DNA from: a bacterium
GTDB taxonomy: Bacteria > Zhuqueibacterota > QNDG01 > DTFT01
Reading direction: 5' to 3'
DNA: 58,029 bases
Assembly (NCBI GenBank): GCA_030372965.1
Contig: JAUCQC010000170.1
Location: 1-58,029, forward strand
Both the position numbers and the translations under genes were made by a program. This document shows, piece after piece, positions 9,693 to 20,855 of this stretch (positions are counted from its first letter, which is position 1; the number at the start of each line of letters is the position of its first letter). The notes under the pieces were generated by a model. That model did no database searches. It was not told the origin of the DNA and saw only the letters and a program-made list of their open reading frames with translations.

Positions 9693-9729
9693 ACACGGAT
9701 TGAACGGATGAAACGGATCTGCGCGGATA
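9693..9729. repeat. Approx. 9-bp-period (A)CGGAT micro-array, copy 2
   Basis: ACACGGATTGAACGGATGAAACGGATCTGCGCGGAT; matches 5246-5282. Confidence 0.7.
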
Positions 9730-9767
9730 AAGATGGATGAATAGGGTAATGCACTGATTTTAAGGCG

Positions 9768-9794
9768 TGTCATCCCCGCGAACGCGGGGACCCA
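9768..9794. repeat. REP-like palindrome (GTCAT-tagged type)
   Basis: TGTCA-TCCCCGCG-AA-CGCGGGGA-CCCA, perfect 8-bp stem. Confidence 0.65.
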
Positions 9795-9811
9795 GGGGAT
9801 GGGGGAAGTGC

Positions 9812-11089
9812 TTGTCATCCAATTCAGGATATGCGAAGAGCTTAAACCTCGTTTTTCTTTCTCTCATGTCTCTGTCGTCGACTCCTCTTTTGTCTCAGGA
9901 ACGATCAACTTCCTTTATTCCAATCCGCAATTTCGTCTATCAACTGCAGGATGTGGATTTCTCGGCCATGGGACAGGCCGGATTCAATCTGGCGATTATC
10001 GATTATTCAGCGGATGGAACGGATCAAGCGGCTTTTTCCCGGGGTCGGGTCGATTCACTCAGAAGCGCCCCTGCGGGTCCGTCCATCGTTCTTGCCTACC
10101 TCAGCATAGGTGAGGCCGAGGACTACCGTTTCTACTGGCAGGCCGGATGGACACCCGGAAATCCGTCCTGGCTGGGCCGCGAGAACCCGGACTGGGAGGG
10201 GAATTACCGCGTCGCGTACTGGGATTCCGGCTGGCGGGACATCGTCCTGCGGTATCTGGAGAAAATACAGGACGCCGGGTTCGACGGCGTGTACTGCGAT
10301 CTGGTCGATCAGTACGAATACTTCATGGAAAGGGGAAGATCCACGGCAGCGGAGGAAATGGCGGATCTGGTCGCGGCCATACGGGAGGCCGGCAGGATCC
10401 GCGATCCCGATTTCCTGGTTTTCGTGCAGAACGCGTCCGAATTACCGGGCCTGGTCCCTTCGTATCTCGAGACCGTGGACGGCATAGGCCAGGAGGACAT
10501 CTATTACGGGTATGAGAGGGATGGAGTCGCGACGCCGTCCGAAGTGACGTCCCGGCTGGAAGCCAGCCTGGCCGTTTTCCGGGACGCCGGAAAGACAGTG
10601 TTGACCGTGGATTACCCGTTTTCTCTCAGTGAAAACCGGCCCCACTTCGATTCATCCACGCGGTTGAAAATCGACCGGGCTTACGAGCGCTCCGCCTCCA
10701 ATGGATTCATCCCCTACTGCACGGTCCGAGAACTGAACTACATGACCGTGAATCCGGGGCATGAGCCGTCCGCGGTCCGGAATCCGGAAGCGTCCGTTTC
10801 TCCGCGTCCGGAGAGTCCAGCCCTGTTTCCCAATTTTCCAAATCCATTCAACGGCGGCACCGTCATCCCGGTTTCCTTGTCCCGGCCCGTTCGCGCGACC
10901 CTGTCCGTGTTTGACGTCCGCGGAGCAGAGACGGTCCGGATTCACCAAGGAACGGTCCGTGCCGGCCGAACGGAATTCCTTTGGGACGGGAACGGCGCTG
11001 ACGGCGGGCCCGCGTCGAGCGGTGTGTATTTCGCGGTGCTGGAAACGGCGGGGAATAGGGAGACGGTCAAATTGCTGCTGGTACGGTGA
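9812..11089 (+). CDS. GH114-like endo-alpha-1,4-polygalactosaminidase (MJ1477/TM1410 family) with T9SS-type tail
   Basis: YQLQ, AYLSIGEAEDYRFYW, ENPDWEGNY, GFDGVYCD, QN, GIGQED; tail NFPNPFN...TVKLLLVR; start uncertain (TTG 9812 or ATG 9866). Confidence 0.85.
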   Translation: MSSNSGYAKSLNLVFLSLMSLSSTPLLSQERSTSFIPIRNFVYQLQDVDFSAMGQAGFNLAIIDYSADGTDQAAFSRGRVDSLRSAPAGPSIVLAYLSIGEAEDYRFYWQAGWTPGNPSWLGRENPDWEGNYRVAYWDSGWRDIVLRYLEKIQDAGFDGVYCDLVDQYEYFMERGRSTAAEEMADLVAAIREAGRIRDPDFLVFVQNASELPGLVPSYLETVDGIGQEDIYYGYERDGVATPSEVTSRLEASLAVFRDAGKTVLTVDYPFSLSENRPHFDSSTRLKIDRAYERSASNGFIPYCTVRELNYMTVNPGHEPSAVRNPEASVSPRPESPALFPNFPNPFNGGTVIPVSLSRPVRATLSVFDVRGAETVRIHQGTVRAGRTEFLWDGNGADGGPASSGVYFAVLETAGNRETVKLLLVR

Positions 11090-11159
11090 AAATCCCCCTG
11101 TAGTCCCCCTTTTTCAAAGGGGGACAGGAGAAATCCCCCCTGACCCCCCTTCTTCGAAG
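11090..11159. repeat. Tandem REP-like palindromes / possible bidirectional terminator between convergent genes
   Basis: AAATCCCCCTGTAGTCCCCCTTTTTCAAAGGGGGAC followed by a truncated second copy AAATCCCCCCTGACCCCCCTTCTTCGAAG. Confidence 0.6.
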
Positions 11160-11212
11160 CCTTCAATAATTCGGGAATCCATTCGCTTGGTCCCGCTCCG
11201 CGGGAGGGGGAA

Positions 11213-13165
11213 TTATTTTATAAGCACCATTCTTCGGTTAGCGACGCGGCCGGCGCTTTCGATGCGGCAGATGTAAATGCCGGATGGAAGGGGCACTCCG
11301 TCCCGGCCGCGGCCGTTCCACTCCATTTTCTGAATTCCGGGCGCTTTAATCATGCGTTCCATCCGGAACAGCTCCGTGCCCCGAAGGTCGAAAACGAGGA
11401 CGGTCACGGGGCCGGGCCTGTCCGTGCGGAAGGAGAGAGTCGTCGAGGGGTTGAAGGGATTGGGATAATTGGGAAGCAGTCCAAAACGCCCCGGAACATC
11501 CCCCGCCACGCGCACCGCATTCGCGTCCGGATCCGAAATGCGGATGTCGTCCAGATCCAGCTGGACCCCCTCCAGCGGTCCGTGTTCCGCGACAATGGCC
11601 AGCCGGTCCACGGCCGTCCAGTCGAAAAGCCCCTCCGGATTGTACCACCGATCATTGTCCCACGAGCCGTGCTCCGTGAAATCCCGGAGCGCCACCCGGA
11701 TGTTCTGCCAGTCGCCGGTCCAGTCCAGATCGGGAGGGCCGAGCGTGGTCCGGATGCGCCAGGGGTGGTCGTCCGGGTCTCCGGTTTTCGTGTCCTCGAA
11801 ACGCGCGTCTACGCGTGTGTCCGGGTCGCTGCACCTCGCCCACAGGTTCAGCTCGAAGCCCCGCTCGACCAGTACGGACAGGTCCCGGGCTCCGGAAAAA
11901 CGGAAGGCGACGTTCCCGTAACGGTCGAAATCCGAGATCGTCAGGCAGAAGGACCCCGCGCGCGGGCTGTCTTCGCTGTACCAGTCCGCGGTTCCCGCGC
12001 TGTGCCAGCCCGCGTCGAGCAGCCCGCTGCCGATGAAATCGTCGTAGAGCGTGAAACCGACGGTGTCCGGAGACAGGGACGGTTCCCGCTGGGGAGGAGG
12101 CGTGAGGCCCAGGGCCGCGGCCATGGCCGTGTCCACGTCCGTCTCCACGTTTCCCGGTGTGCCGGGCTCGAACATGCCGAATCCGCCGTTGTAATCCCAC
12201 AGGCTCCAGGCGATACCTTTCTCCTCCAGGTATCCCCGGACCACCGCATGCCACCGGGCGCGGTCCGCGGACGTCGAATGGATCTGGTAGGCGCCGAACT
12301 CGCCGCACCACAGCGGCACATTCCGCTGGTTTTTAAAGCGGACCGCGATGTCGATCAGGGAACGGACATGGGCCGCGTTTCCCTGCCGCGGGTAGTCGTT
12401 GTAGGTGTCCTGCCACCACGTGCCAATCAGGGACGCGGGCAGGCCAGGCATGCGCGATGCATCATAGGGATAGGGAATGCCCGCGATGTCCGCGCCCGAC
12501 GGATCCGTCCAGGACGCGCCCTGGTGCGTGAACAGGAAGGGATCATAGAAGTGGAAGGTATAAATCAGGTTCGTGTCCGCGTACGCGGGGATGAGGCTGA
12601 GATTGTTGTAGCCGTTCCATCCCGCCCCGCCGACCACGATGGTGTGGAGCGGATCCTCCAGCCGGATGGCGTCAATGACCCTGCCCTGCATGGCGTTCCA
12701 CACCGCGTCCGATATCCCGTGCGGCTCGTTCTGCACTTCGTAATGCACGAGGCCGGAGCGGTTCCGGAAGTGACGGGCGACCTGCGTCCAGGACGCGAGC
12801 AGGACCGGCTCAATGGCGGGGTCGGTGTCCACGGCCGGGTCGAAGGTGTGGTTGTCGATGATGAGGTTCAGGCCCGCGGCCTCGGCCCGGTCGACGGCCA
12901 TGTCGAGGAACCGGAGAAAGAGGGGGTCTAGTTCGTAAGCGGGGGCGGATCCCGCCATGTTCAGCAGATCGACCGGCAGGCGCACGTGGTCGCATCCCAG
13001 GTTCCGGATGGCGTTGAAGTCGTCCTGCGTGAAGCGGTTGACGTGGATCTCGCTCGCGGAGGACCGCTGGAACCAGTCCGCGAGATTCACGCCCCGGCGG
13101 AAGGGAAGGTCCCGGCCGGAGGCCGAGGCCGCGGCGAGGAACAGCAGCAGGATCGTCTTTTTCAT
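11213..13165 (-). CDS. GH5 cellulase-family glycoside hydrolase with CBM-like domain and T9SS-type tail
   Basis: Signal peptide; RGVNL, HVRLP, IIDNH, catalytic QNEP and WCGEFG, TFHFYDPFLFTHQGASW; tail NYPNPFNPST...RRMVLIK. Confidence 0.92.
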   Translation of the reverse strand: MKKTILLLFLAAASASGRDLPFRRGVNLADWFQRSSASEIHVNRFTQDDFNAIRNLGCDHVRLPVDLLNMAGSAPAYELDPLFLRFLDMAVDRAEAAGLNLIIDNHTFDPAVDTDPAIEPVLLASWTQVARHFRNRSGLVHYEVQNEPHGISDAVWNAMQGRVIDAIRLEDPLHTIVVGGAGWNGYNNLSLIPAYADTNLIYTFHFYDPFLFTHQGASWTDPSGADIAGIPYPYDASRMPGLPASLIGTWWQDTYNDYPRQGNAAHVRSLIDIAVRFKNQRNVPLWCGEFGAYQIHSTSADRARWHAVVRGYLEEKGIAWSLWDYNGGFGMFEPGTPGNVETDVDTAMAAALGLTPPPQREPSLSPDTVGFTLYDDFIGSGLLDAGWHSAGTADWYSEDSPRAGSFCLTISDFDRYGNVAFRFSGARDLSVLVERGFELNLWARCSDPDTRVDARFEDTKTGDPDDHPWRIRTTLGPPDLDWTGDWQNIRVALRDFTEHGSWDNDRWYNPEGLFDWTAVDRLAIVAEHGPLEGVQLDLDDIRISDPDANAVRVAGDVPGRFGLLPNYPNPFNPSTTLSFRTDRPGPVTVLVFDLRGTELFRMERMIKAPGIQKMEWNGRGRDGVPLPSGIYICRIESAGRVANRRMVLIK

Positions 13166-13220
13166 GACGGCTCCTTTGCCGGATTGAAGTAATTATTCTG
13201 CGATGGACAGCTGATATCAA

Positions 13221-13343
13221 TCGTTCGAACGTTGACACGTTTGCACGTTCCAACGTCCCTTCCCCCCGAAACCCGGGATGCCGTCCGAATACCGGTGCTT
13301 TTTAAACGTGCATGCGTTCATGCGTGTGGACGTGCAACCGTGT
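13221..13343. repeat. Two 8-bp-period ACGT(T) micro-arrays
   Basis: TCGTTCGA ACGTTGAC ACGTTTGC ACGTTCCA ACGT (13221-13256) and AAACGTGC ATGCGTTC ATGCGTGT GGACGTGC AACCGTGT (13304-13343). Confidence 0.75.
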
Positions 13344-15065
13344 CTATTGTTTCCCCTCCTTCCCCTTCCCGTGACGCTTGCCCGTGTACAGGAACCGCTT
13401 GATCTTATGGGTCGGCGTTTTCTCGAAAGGCTCGGGGTGTTCGACGATGCGCGTGATCCTGGAGAACTTGGACACGCTCGCGTTGACCCTGTGGCGCATC
13501 GCCTCCAGCCTCTCGCGCACGGCGTGGCCGATCTGCTCCTTCGTCAGGCCGAGGGCCTCGAGTTCGCGGTGCAGGAACTCGTAGTTCGGGTGCACGGCCG
13601 CGACCAGCTTCCCCTCCTCCTCGTAGACCAGGGACTCCGTGACCTCTTCCGACCGGTTCAGAACGGACTCGATTTCCTCGGGGTAGATGTTCTCGCCGTT
13701 GGGCCCGATGATCGTGTTTTTCGCGCGGCCCATGATGTACAGATACCCGTCCTTGTCCAATTTGCCCAGGTCCCCGGTCCGGAACCAGCCGTCCGGAGAC
13801 AGCACTTCGGCCGTGCGCGCGGGGTCGCGGTAATAGCCGGCCATGACATTGTCGCCGCGGACGTAGATCTCGCCCTCGCCGGTTTCCGGGTCCTGGTGTT
13901 CGAGGCGGATCTCCACGCCGGGGATGACGGGGCCGGTGGAGCGGAAACGGGTCAGCCGCGGCGTGCACCCGGCGACCATGGGCGACGTCTCGGTGAGGCC
14001 GTAGCCGATGGCGTAGGGGAATCCGCCCTCGCGCAGGAAGCGTTCCGTGTCCTCCGACACCTTGGCGCCGCCGATGCCGTAGAAATGCAGTTTTCCCCCG
14101 AACGTCCGGTACACTTTTTTGGCGGCCGCGCGGTGGAGGATGCGGCGCGTAAACGGCACCTTCATCAGGCCCCGCATCAGGCCGTTGGCCGACAGCTTGG
14201 GAAGAACGCTGTTCTTGTACACCTTCTCCATGATCAGGGGAACCGTGAGCATGACCGTGGGCCGGACGGTTTCGAGCGCCGGCATCAGGACGCGCGCCAC
14301 GGGCGGTTTGTCGAGATAATGCACGCAGGCGCCCTTGGCCAGCGGGATCAGGAACCCGATGGTGAATTCGTAGCAGTGGGAGAGGGGCAGGATGGAGAGG
14401 AACCGGTCCTCCTCCGTGACGCGCTGGATCTCGAGCGTGGCCAGCGTGTCGAAGACGAAGTTGCGGTGCGTCAGCACCACGCCCTTCGAGTGGCCCGTGG
14501 TGCCGGACGTGTAGATGATTGCGGCCGTGTCCTCCTCCCGGACCGGACGGGAAGCCCAGCTCAGGTCGTCCCGGGCGCCGTCCGGCGTCCGGTCCAGCCC
14601 GTCCGAACCGGGCAGGGCCGCCACCGCCTCGGCGGTCGATCCGTCCGGGATCCGCACGAATCCCTCCATGCGGACGCGTATCGGGCAGGACAAACCGCCG
14701 TCGCCCTCCGCCTTGGCGAACTGTTTCTGCGAGACGATCAGAACCCGGGCCTCGGAATGCGCCAGGATGGTCCGTATCTCGTCGGTGTGAAAATCGGGAA
14801 GGATGGGGACCGCGATCGCGCCGAGCGAAGTGACCGCGAAATGCGCGATGCCCCATTCGGGCCTGTTCTCCGAAAGGATGGCGACGCGGTCTCCGGCGGA
14901 CACGCCCAGGGCCGAGAGCCCGGCCGAGAGGGCGCCGACGCGGCCGCCGAATTCACGGTAGGTGACCGGTGTCCCCCCGACCCAGCAGACCGCGGGTCTT
15001 TCACCGTAAGTCTCGATGGTCCGCCGGAGCAGGGCCGGGAGCGTTTTCTTTTCAATCGGCTTCAA
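13344..15065 (-). CDS. Long-chain fatty-acid--CoA ligase (AMP-binding)
   Basis: IIYTSGTTGHSKG, GYGLTETSP, WFRTGDLG, GRAKN..GENIYPEEIE; probable TTG start after a GAGGAG RBS. Confidence 0.9.
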   Translation of the reverse strand: MKPIEKKTLPALLRRTIETYGERPAVCWVGGTPVTYREFGGRVGALSAGLSALGVSAGDRVAILSENRPEWGIAHFAVTSLGAIAVPILPDFHTDEIRTILAHSEARVLIVSQKQFAKAEGDGGLSCPIRVRMEGFVRIPDGSTAEAVAALPGSDGLDRTPDGARDDLSWASRPVREEDTAAIIYTSGTTGHSKGVVLTHRNFVFDTLATLEIQRVTEEDRFLSILPLSHCYEFTIGFLIPLAKGACVHYLDKPPVARVLMPALETVRPTVMLTVPLIMEKVYKNSVLPKLSANGLMRGLMKVPFTRRILHRAAAKKVYRTFGGKLHFYGIGGAKVSEDTERFLREGGFPYAIGYGLTETSPMVAGCTPRLTRFRSTGPVIPGVEIRLEHQDPETGEGEIYVRGDNVMAGYYRDPARTAEVLSPDGWFRTGDLGKLDKDGYLYIMGRAKNTIIGPNGENIYPEEIESVLNRSEEVTESLVYEEEGKLVAAVHPNYEFLHRELEALGLTKEQIGHAVRERLEAMRHRVNASVSKFSRITRIVEHPEPFEKTPTHKIKRFLYTGKRHGKGKEGKQ

Positions 15066-15180
15066 TGAAGTCTCCTCTCTTGTCAGTCCGGCGGCGCCCG
15101 GCCGCGTTTTCAGCCGCCCTGTCCCACGGTCCGGCCGCCTCCCGTCCGCCGGCGCGGATGAAAAAACACGCGCGCGGGAT

Positions 15181-15801
15181 TCATTCGAAATCCGCGGGAT
15201 CGCCCTCTCCGCGGCGGAGCACACGATAGGGAAATTCCATGAGGTTCACGACCGTGGTGGGCCGCGACCCGGTCCAACCGCCGTCGACGATCAGGTCCAC
15301 CCGGCCGTTGAGACGCCGGAGGATTTCGTCCGGATCCGCGAGCGGATCCTCGTCCGGCGGCAGGATGAGCGTGGTCGTCAGCATGGGCTCGTTGAGCGCC
15401 GCGAGAATGGCGCGCGCGATGCGGTGGGTGGGCACGCGGAGGCCGATGGTTTTCCGCTTGGGGTGGACGCACCGGCGGGGCACTTCGCGGGTGGCCTGCA
15501 GGATGAACGTGTACTGCCCCGGGGTATGGGCCTTGAGCAGGCGGTACACGGGCGTGTCGAACACGGCATACAGAGAAACCTCGGACAGGTCGCGGCACAG
15601 GAGCGTGAAGTTGTGATGGGCGTCCACCTGGCGGATCTGGCAGATCCGGTCATGGGCCGATTTGTCCCCGAGGTGACAGCCCAGCGCGTATCCCGAGTCC
15701 GTCGGATACGCCACGACGCCGCCTTCGCGGATCGCGTCGACGCACCGGGTGATCAGCCGACTCTGGGGGTTCTCCGGATGAATTTGGATGACGTCGGTCA
15801 T
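15181..15801 (-). CDS. yciO: Sua5/YciO/YrdC family protein (YciO-like)
   Basis: IHPENPQ, AYPTDSGYALGC, PGQYTFIL, KRKTIGLRVP, PTTVV. Confidence 0.85.
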   Translation of the reverse strand: MTDVIQIHPENPQSRLITRCVDAIREGGVVAYPTDSGYALGCHLGDKSAHDRICQIRQVDAHHNFTLLCRDLSEVSLYAVFDTPVYRLLKAHTPGQYTFILQATREVPRRCVHPKRKTIGLRVPTHRIARAILAALNEPMLTTTLILPPDEDPLADPDEILRRLNGRVDLIVDGGWTGSRPTTVVNLMEFPYRVLRRGEGDPADFE

Positions 15802-16026
15802 GGTTCGCGGAAATACGCCGTTTCCGGACGGTCGCCTCCCCTCCGGCGGATCGCCCGGCGAAACGCGACCTCCTCGCGCGATCGGTGCCGGAGAAAGCGG
15901 GGTTCTCCGGATCTCCGCGGCCGCGGTGAGCGCCGCCGGAGCCCCCGCCGGCGAAAGGGGATTCCCGGTTTCGCGCGGCGGCGGGGGGGCGGAACGGCCC
16001 GTGCCAGATGCCCCGGGCCGGAACGG

Positions 16027-16404
16027 TCAGCCGATCAGCTTCCTGTAATCCGCGGCCTGCATGAGGCCGTCCCACTGGCCCTTGTCGGACAGCCGGATTT
16101 TAAGGATCCAGCCCTTTCCGTACGGATCCTGGTTCACGGTCTGGGGCGCGCTTTCGAGCGCCTTGTTCACCTCGACCACTTCGCCGGAAAGCGGGGCGAA
16201 CAGGTCCGAAACCGCCTTGACCGCCTCGATGGACGCGCACGATTTCCCCTGCTCGGTCTTCTTGCCGGGGGCCGGCATTTCGACGAAGACAATGTCCCCG
16301 AGCTCGGATTGGGCGTAGTCGGTGATGCCGACCACGGCGTCGCCGCCCTCAAGGCGGGCCCACTCGTGTTCCTTGGTGTAGCGGAGGTCTTCAGGTACGT
16401 TCAT
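16027..16404 (-). CDS. gcvH: Glycine cleavage system H protein
   Basis: YTKEHEW, GITDYAQSELGDIVFV, lipoyl-Lys motif EAVKAVSD, NQDPYGKGW. Confidence 0.96.
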   Translation of the reverse strand: MNVPEDLRYTKEHEWARLEGGDAVVGITDYAQSELGDIVFVEMPAPGKKTEQGKSCASIEAVKAVSDLFAPLSGEVVEVNKALESAPQTVNQDPYGKGWILKIRLSDKGQWDGLMQAADYRKLIG

Positions 16405-16459
16405 GGGATCGTCCTTCGATAATGGGGTCATGCCGGCTGGACGGGCGGCCGCCGCGTCT

Positions 16460-17824
<1,365 letters not shown>

Positions 17825-17835
17825 GGCCGGGGGCC

Positions 17836-18327
<492 letters not shown>

Positions 18328-18350
18328 GATCGTTCCCCCGGAAGTCAGGG

Positions 18351-18911
18351 TTATTTCACCCGTTCCACGTAAATGCCGGTGCGGGTGTCGACTTTGATGA
18401 CCGTCCCCTCCGAAAGGAAGAGCGGAACCTGAACCACGGCGCCCGATTCGACGGTGGCCGGCTTGGTGGCGCCGGAAACCGTGTCGCCCTTGAGGCCGGG
18501 GTCGGTTTTCACGATCTTGAGATCCACGAAATTGGGGATGTTCACGCCGATGGGCGTGTCGCCGTGGTACACGATTTCGACTTCAAGGTTTTCCTTCATG
18601 TAGATGTGGCCGTCCCCGACCACGTCCTCGGTGAGCGTGACCTGATCGTAGGTGACGGAGTCCATGAAGGTGTAGTCCCGGTCGCTTTTATAGAGGAACT
18701 GGAAGGTCCTCGTCTCGAGACGGACGTCCTCGACCTTGTCGCCCGACCGGAAGGTCTTGTCGAGCACGCGGCCGGTTTTGACGTTCTTGATGCGCGTCCG
18801 GACAAAGGCCCCGCCCTTGCCGGGTTTGACGTGCTGGAACTCGACGATGCTGTAGAGATCGCCCTCCAGGAGCATGACCAGACCGTTACGGAATTCGGAA
18901 GTGGAGACCAT
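18351..18911 (-). CDS. efp: Translation elongation factor P
   Basis: [28 protein letters not shown]. Confidence 0.97.
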   Translation of the reverse strand: MVSTSEFRNGLVMLLEGDLYSIVEFQHVKPGKGGAFVRTRIKNVKTGRVLDKTFRSGDKVEDVRLETRTFQFLYKSDRDYTFMDSVTYDQVTLTEDVVGDGHIYMKENLEVEIVYHGDTPIGVNIPNFVDLKIVKTDPGLKGDTVSGATKPATVESGAVVQVPLFLSEGTVIKVDTRTGIYVERVK

Positions 18912-18956
18912 ATTTTCCTTTCGTCAGAGAAATAACCCTCAGGGAACAGACCAGCC

Positions 18957-18985
18957 AATATAAAGGATAAACAGTGAAATGTCAA
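18957..18985 (-). promoter_or_regulatory. sigma70-type promoter of the efp-accB-accC-gcvH operon
   Basis: Minus strand reads TTGACA-N17-TATATT. Confidence 0.75.
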
Positions 18986-19297
18986 TGAAAAGGTGGGTTT
19001 TTACACTAGTTTTACATAAAAACGAGGGTTTTCAGCGAAATATTGAGGCTATTTTTTCATGATTATCGTGGGAAATTGAATGTGTCCTTTTTTTTGCGCC
19101 TAGGCGTGTAAGTGCATATATTTTTTGGATTAATTGTGTTTTTTCCCGAAGGTTTACGTTTTCGACCGCTTATGGGGAAATTCTTAAACCCATCATTCAG
19201 CCCCGTCAGGCCAAAATACAGGCCGGGCTTTCGGAAAACCGAACAGTTTCCGGCTCCCTTGATATATCACCGGAATGCGGGCCCCCAGATAAACCAT

Positions 19298-19326
19298 TTG
19301 ACTTTTTTACGGATTGTTGACATATT
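19298..19326 (+). promoter_or_regulatory. Putative promoter, likely leaderless transcript
   Basis: TTGACT-N17-CATATT, with ATG only 7 nt after the -10 box and no Shine-Dalgarno. Confidence 0.5.
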
Positions 19327-19333
19327 ACAAACC

Positions 19334-19840
19334 ATGGAGAAAAGAGGACTTTTCGCGGTTATCGCGTGGGCCGCGGCTTTGGCCGGACTGCTGTTCCCCC
19401 TGGTCCCGGCCGTTTGGAATGGCTTGGGCATGGGTCCCGATTTCATCCCGGCCTGTATCCGGTTCGGATACTCGTACGCCTGCCATCAGATACCGGAACG
19501 GTCCATTTTCCTTTTCGGCGAACCCATGGCCGTATGCGCCCGGTGTTACGGGGTTTACGCCGGATACGCGGCAGGCACGGCCGTCTGGTTTCTTCTCCGC
19601 AAGCGCCTGAAAGCGAAATCGCCCAAACCGGCCCTTTTTCCGGCCTGCCTGGCGCCCGCGGCCCTGGATTTCATCATGGGCCACCTGGGCCTCTTTGAAT
19701 CGCCCAACAGCCTGAGAATGCTCACCGGATTCGCGGCCGGAGCCGCGGTTCCCTTCTATCTTCTGCCCGCGGTGTTCGATCTCGTCACCGGAGTCCCGCA
19801 CCTGAGAGGAGTGACATGCAAGAAAAGCCCGGCAAACTGA
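19334..19840 (+). CDS. DUF2085 family membrane protein
   Basis: CHQIPERS and CARCYGVYAG motifs; hydrophobic helices; SPNSLRMLTG. Confidence 0.85.
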   Translation: MEKRGLFAVIAWAAALAGLLFPLVPAVWNGLGMGPDFIPACIRFGYSYACHQIPERSIFLFGEPMAVCARCYGVYAGYAAGTAVWFLLRKRLKAKSPKPALFPACLAPAALDFIMGHLGLFESPNSLRMLTGFAAGAAVPFYLLPAVFDLVTGVPHLRGVTCKKSPAN

Positions 19841-20322
19841 TTCCGGCCCTGGCCGGCGGCGCGTTCATCGCTTTCTTTTCGCGTACGCCCCTGCTCAATC
19901 TCGGCAATTGCCTGTGCTGTCTCTGGGTCGTGGCCGGCGGGTTTCTCGCGGCCTGGATGCACAGGCGGTCGCTTCCCCCGGGCGGGAACCTGACTTCTTC
20001 GGAAGGCGCCATGACCGGGTTTCTGGCCGGCGCTTTCGGCGCCCTGTTCGGCTCATTTCTCCACTACTTTTTCGCGTTCATCGGCCTCGATTTCTCCACG
20101 GCCATTCTGGACGAGATGCTCGGCGGCATGGAGGACATGCCGGAGGAGCTCGCGGAATCCATGGAGGCGATCCGGTCCATGGGCGCTTTTCACCCGGTCA
20201 TGGTCGTGCTCGGGCTGGTGTCGAGCTTCATCGTCAATTCCATTTTCGCCACGGCCGGCGGCCTGATCGCCGCGTCCCTCCTGAAAAAACAATCCGCACC
20301 CTCAGGCCGGAGGAAGCGTTGA
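19816..20322 (+). CDS. Hypothetical 4-TM membrane protein (DUF4199/DUF5518-like) with CLCC motif
   Basis: GAGGAG RBS; Gly-rich TM helices; NLGNCLCCLW. Confidence 0.7.
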   Translation: MQEKPGKLIPALAGGAFIAFFSRTPLLNLGNCLCCLWVVAGGFLAAWMHRRSLPPGGNLTSSEGAMTGFLAGAFGALFGSFLHYFFAFIGLDFSTAILDEMLGGMEDMPEELAESMEAIRSMGAFHPVMVVLGLVSSFIVNSIFATAGGLIAASLLKKQSAPSGRRKR

Positions 20323-20855
20323 GACGCGTCATTCCCCGGCTCCTGTTCCTTCTCGCGGGCCTGGCCGGCCTCTCCTGCTCGGATCACGGCCTGTCTCCGG
20401 CCGCCTATGAGCCGGGTTCGGGTCTGCGGGGCCGCGTCACCTTCACGGGCGCGTGGCCCGACTCGACGAAGGACGTGGTGCTCGTCGTATCCAGGAAGTA
20501 CCCGGAAGGCATCACGGACCGCGACGGACTGATCGCTTTCGTCCTGCAGAATTTTCTCAGCGGCGGCATTCAGCTCTGCGACACCATCCCGAGGAACGCC
20601 GAGGTGTACGATTATCACATCCGGCTCCAGCCCGGCGTCTACGAGTGGGTGTTCGTCATCTGGTTCCCGGACACGCCCGATTACCTGTACGGCGTCAAGG
20701 AGCTGGGCGCCTATTACCGGAACCCGGATCTGCAGACCCGGCCCTCAGCCGTGGAGATCATCGACGGCGTGACCTATGACCGCGTCAACATCTCGGCCGA
20801 TTTCGCGAATGTCGGCAGGGAACTGCCGTTCTTCAGGCGGGGGAGGACGAGATGA
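20319..20855 (+). CDS. Hypothetical lipoprotein
   Basis: TTGA overlap with the upstream stop; signal RRVIPRLLFLLAGLAGLS|C; beta-rich body. Confidence 0.7.
   Translation: MRRVIPRLLFLLAGLAGLSCSDHGLSPAAYEPGSGLRGRVTFTGAWPDSTKDVVLVVSRKYPEGITDRDGLIAFVLQNFLSGGIQLCDTIPRNAEVYDYHIRLQPGVYEWVFVIWFPDTPDYLYGVKELGAYYRNPDLQTRPSAVEIIDGVTYDRVNISADFANVGRELPFFRRGRTR

Noticed and set aside
15802-16026. Structured RNA or small gene between gcvH and yciO
   Set aside because: Very GC-rich, so hairpins arise by chance; no recognisable motif or credible ORF
18990-19300. Cobalamin or other riboswitch ahead of the TonB-receptor operon
   Set aside because: No B12-box or other conserved motif recognised; the best promoter lies immediately before the first ATG
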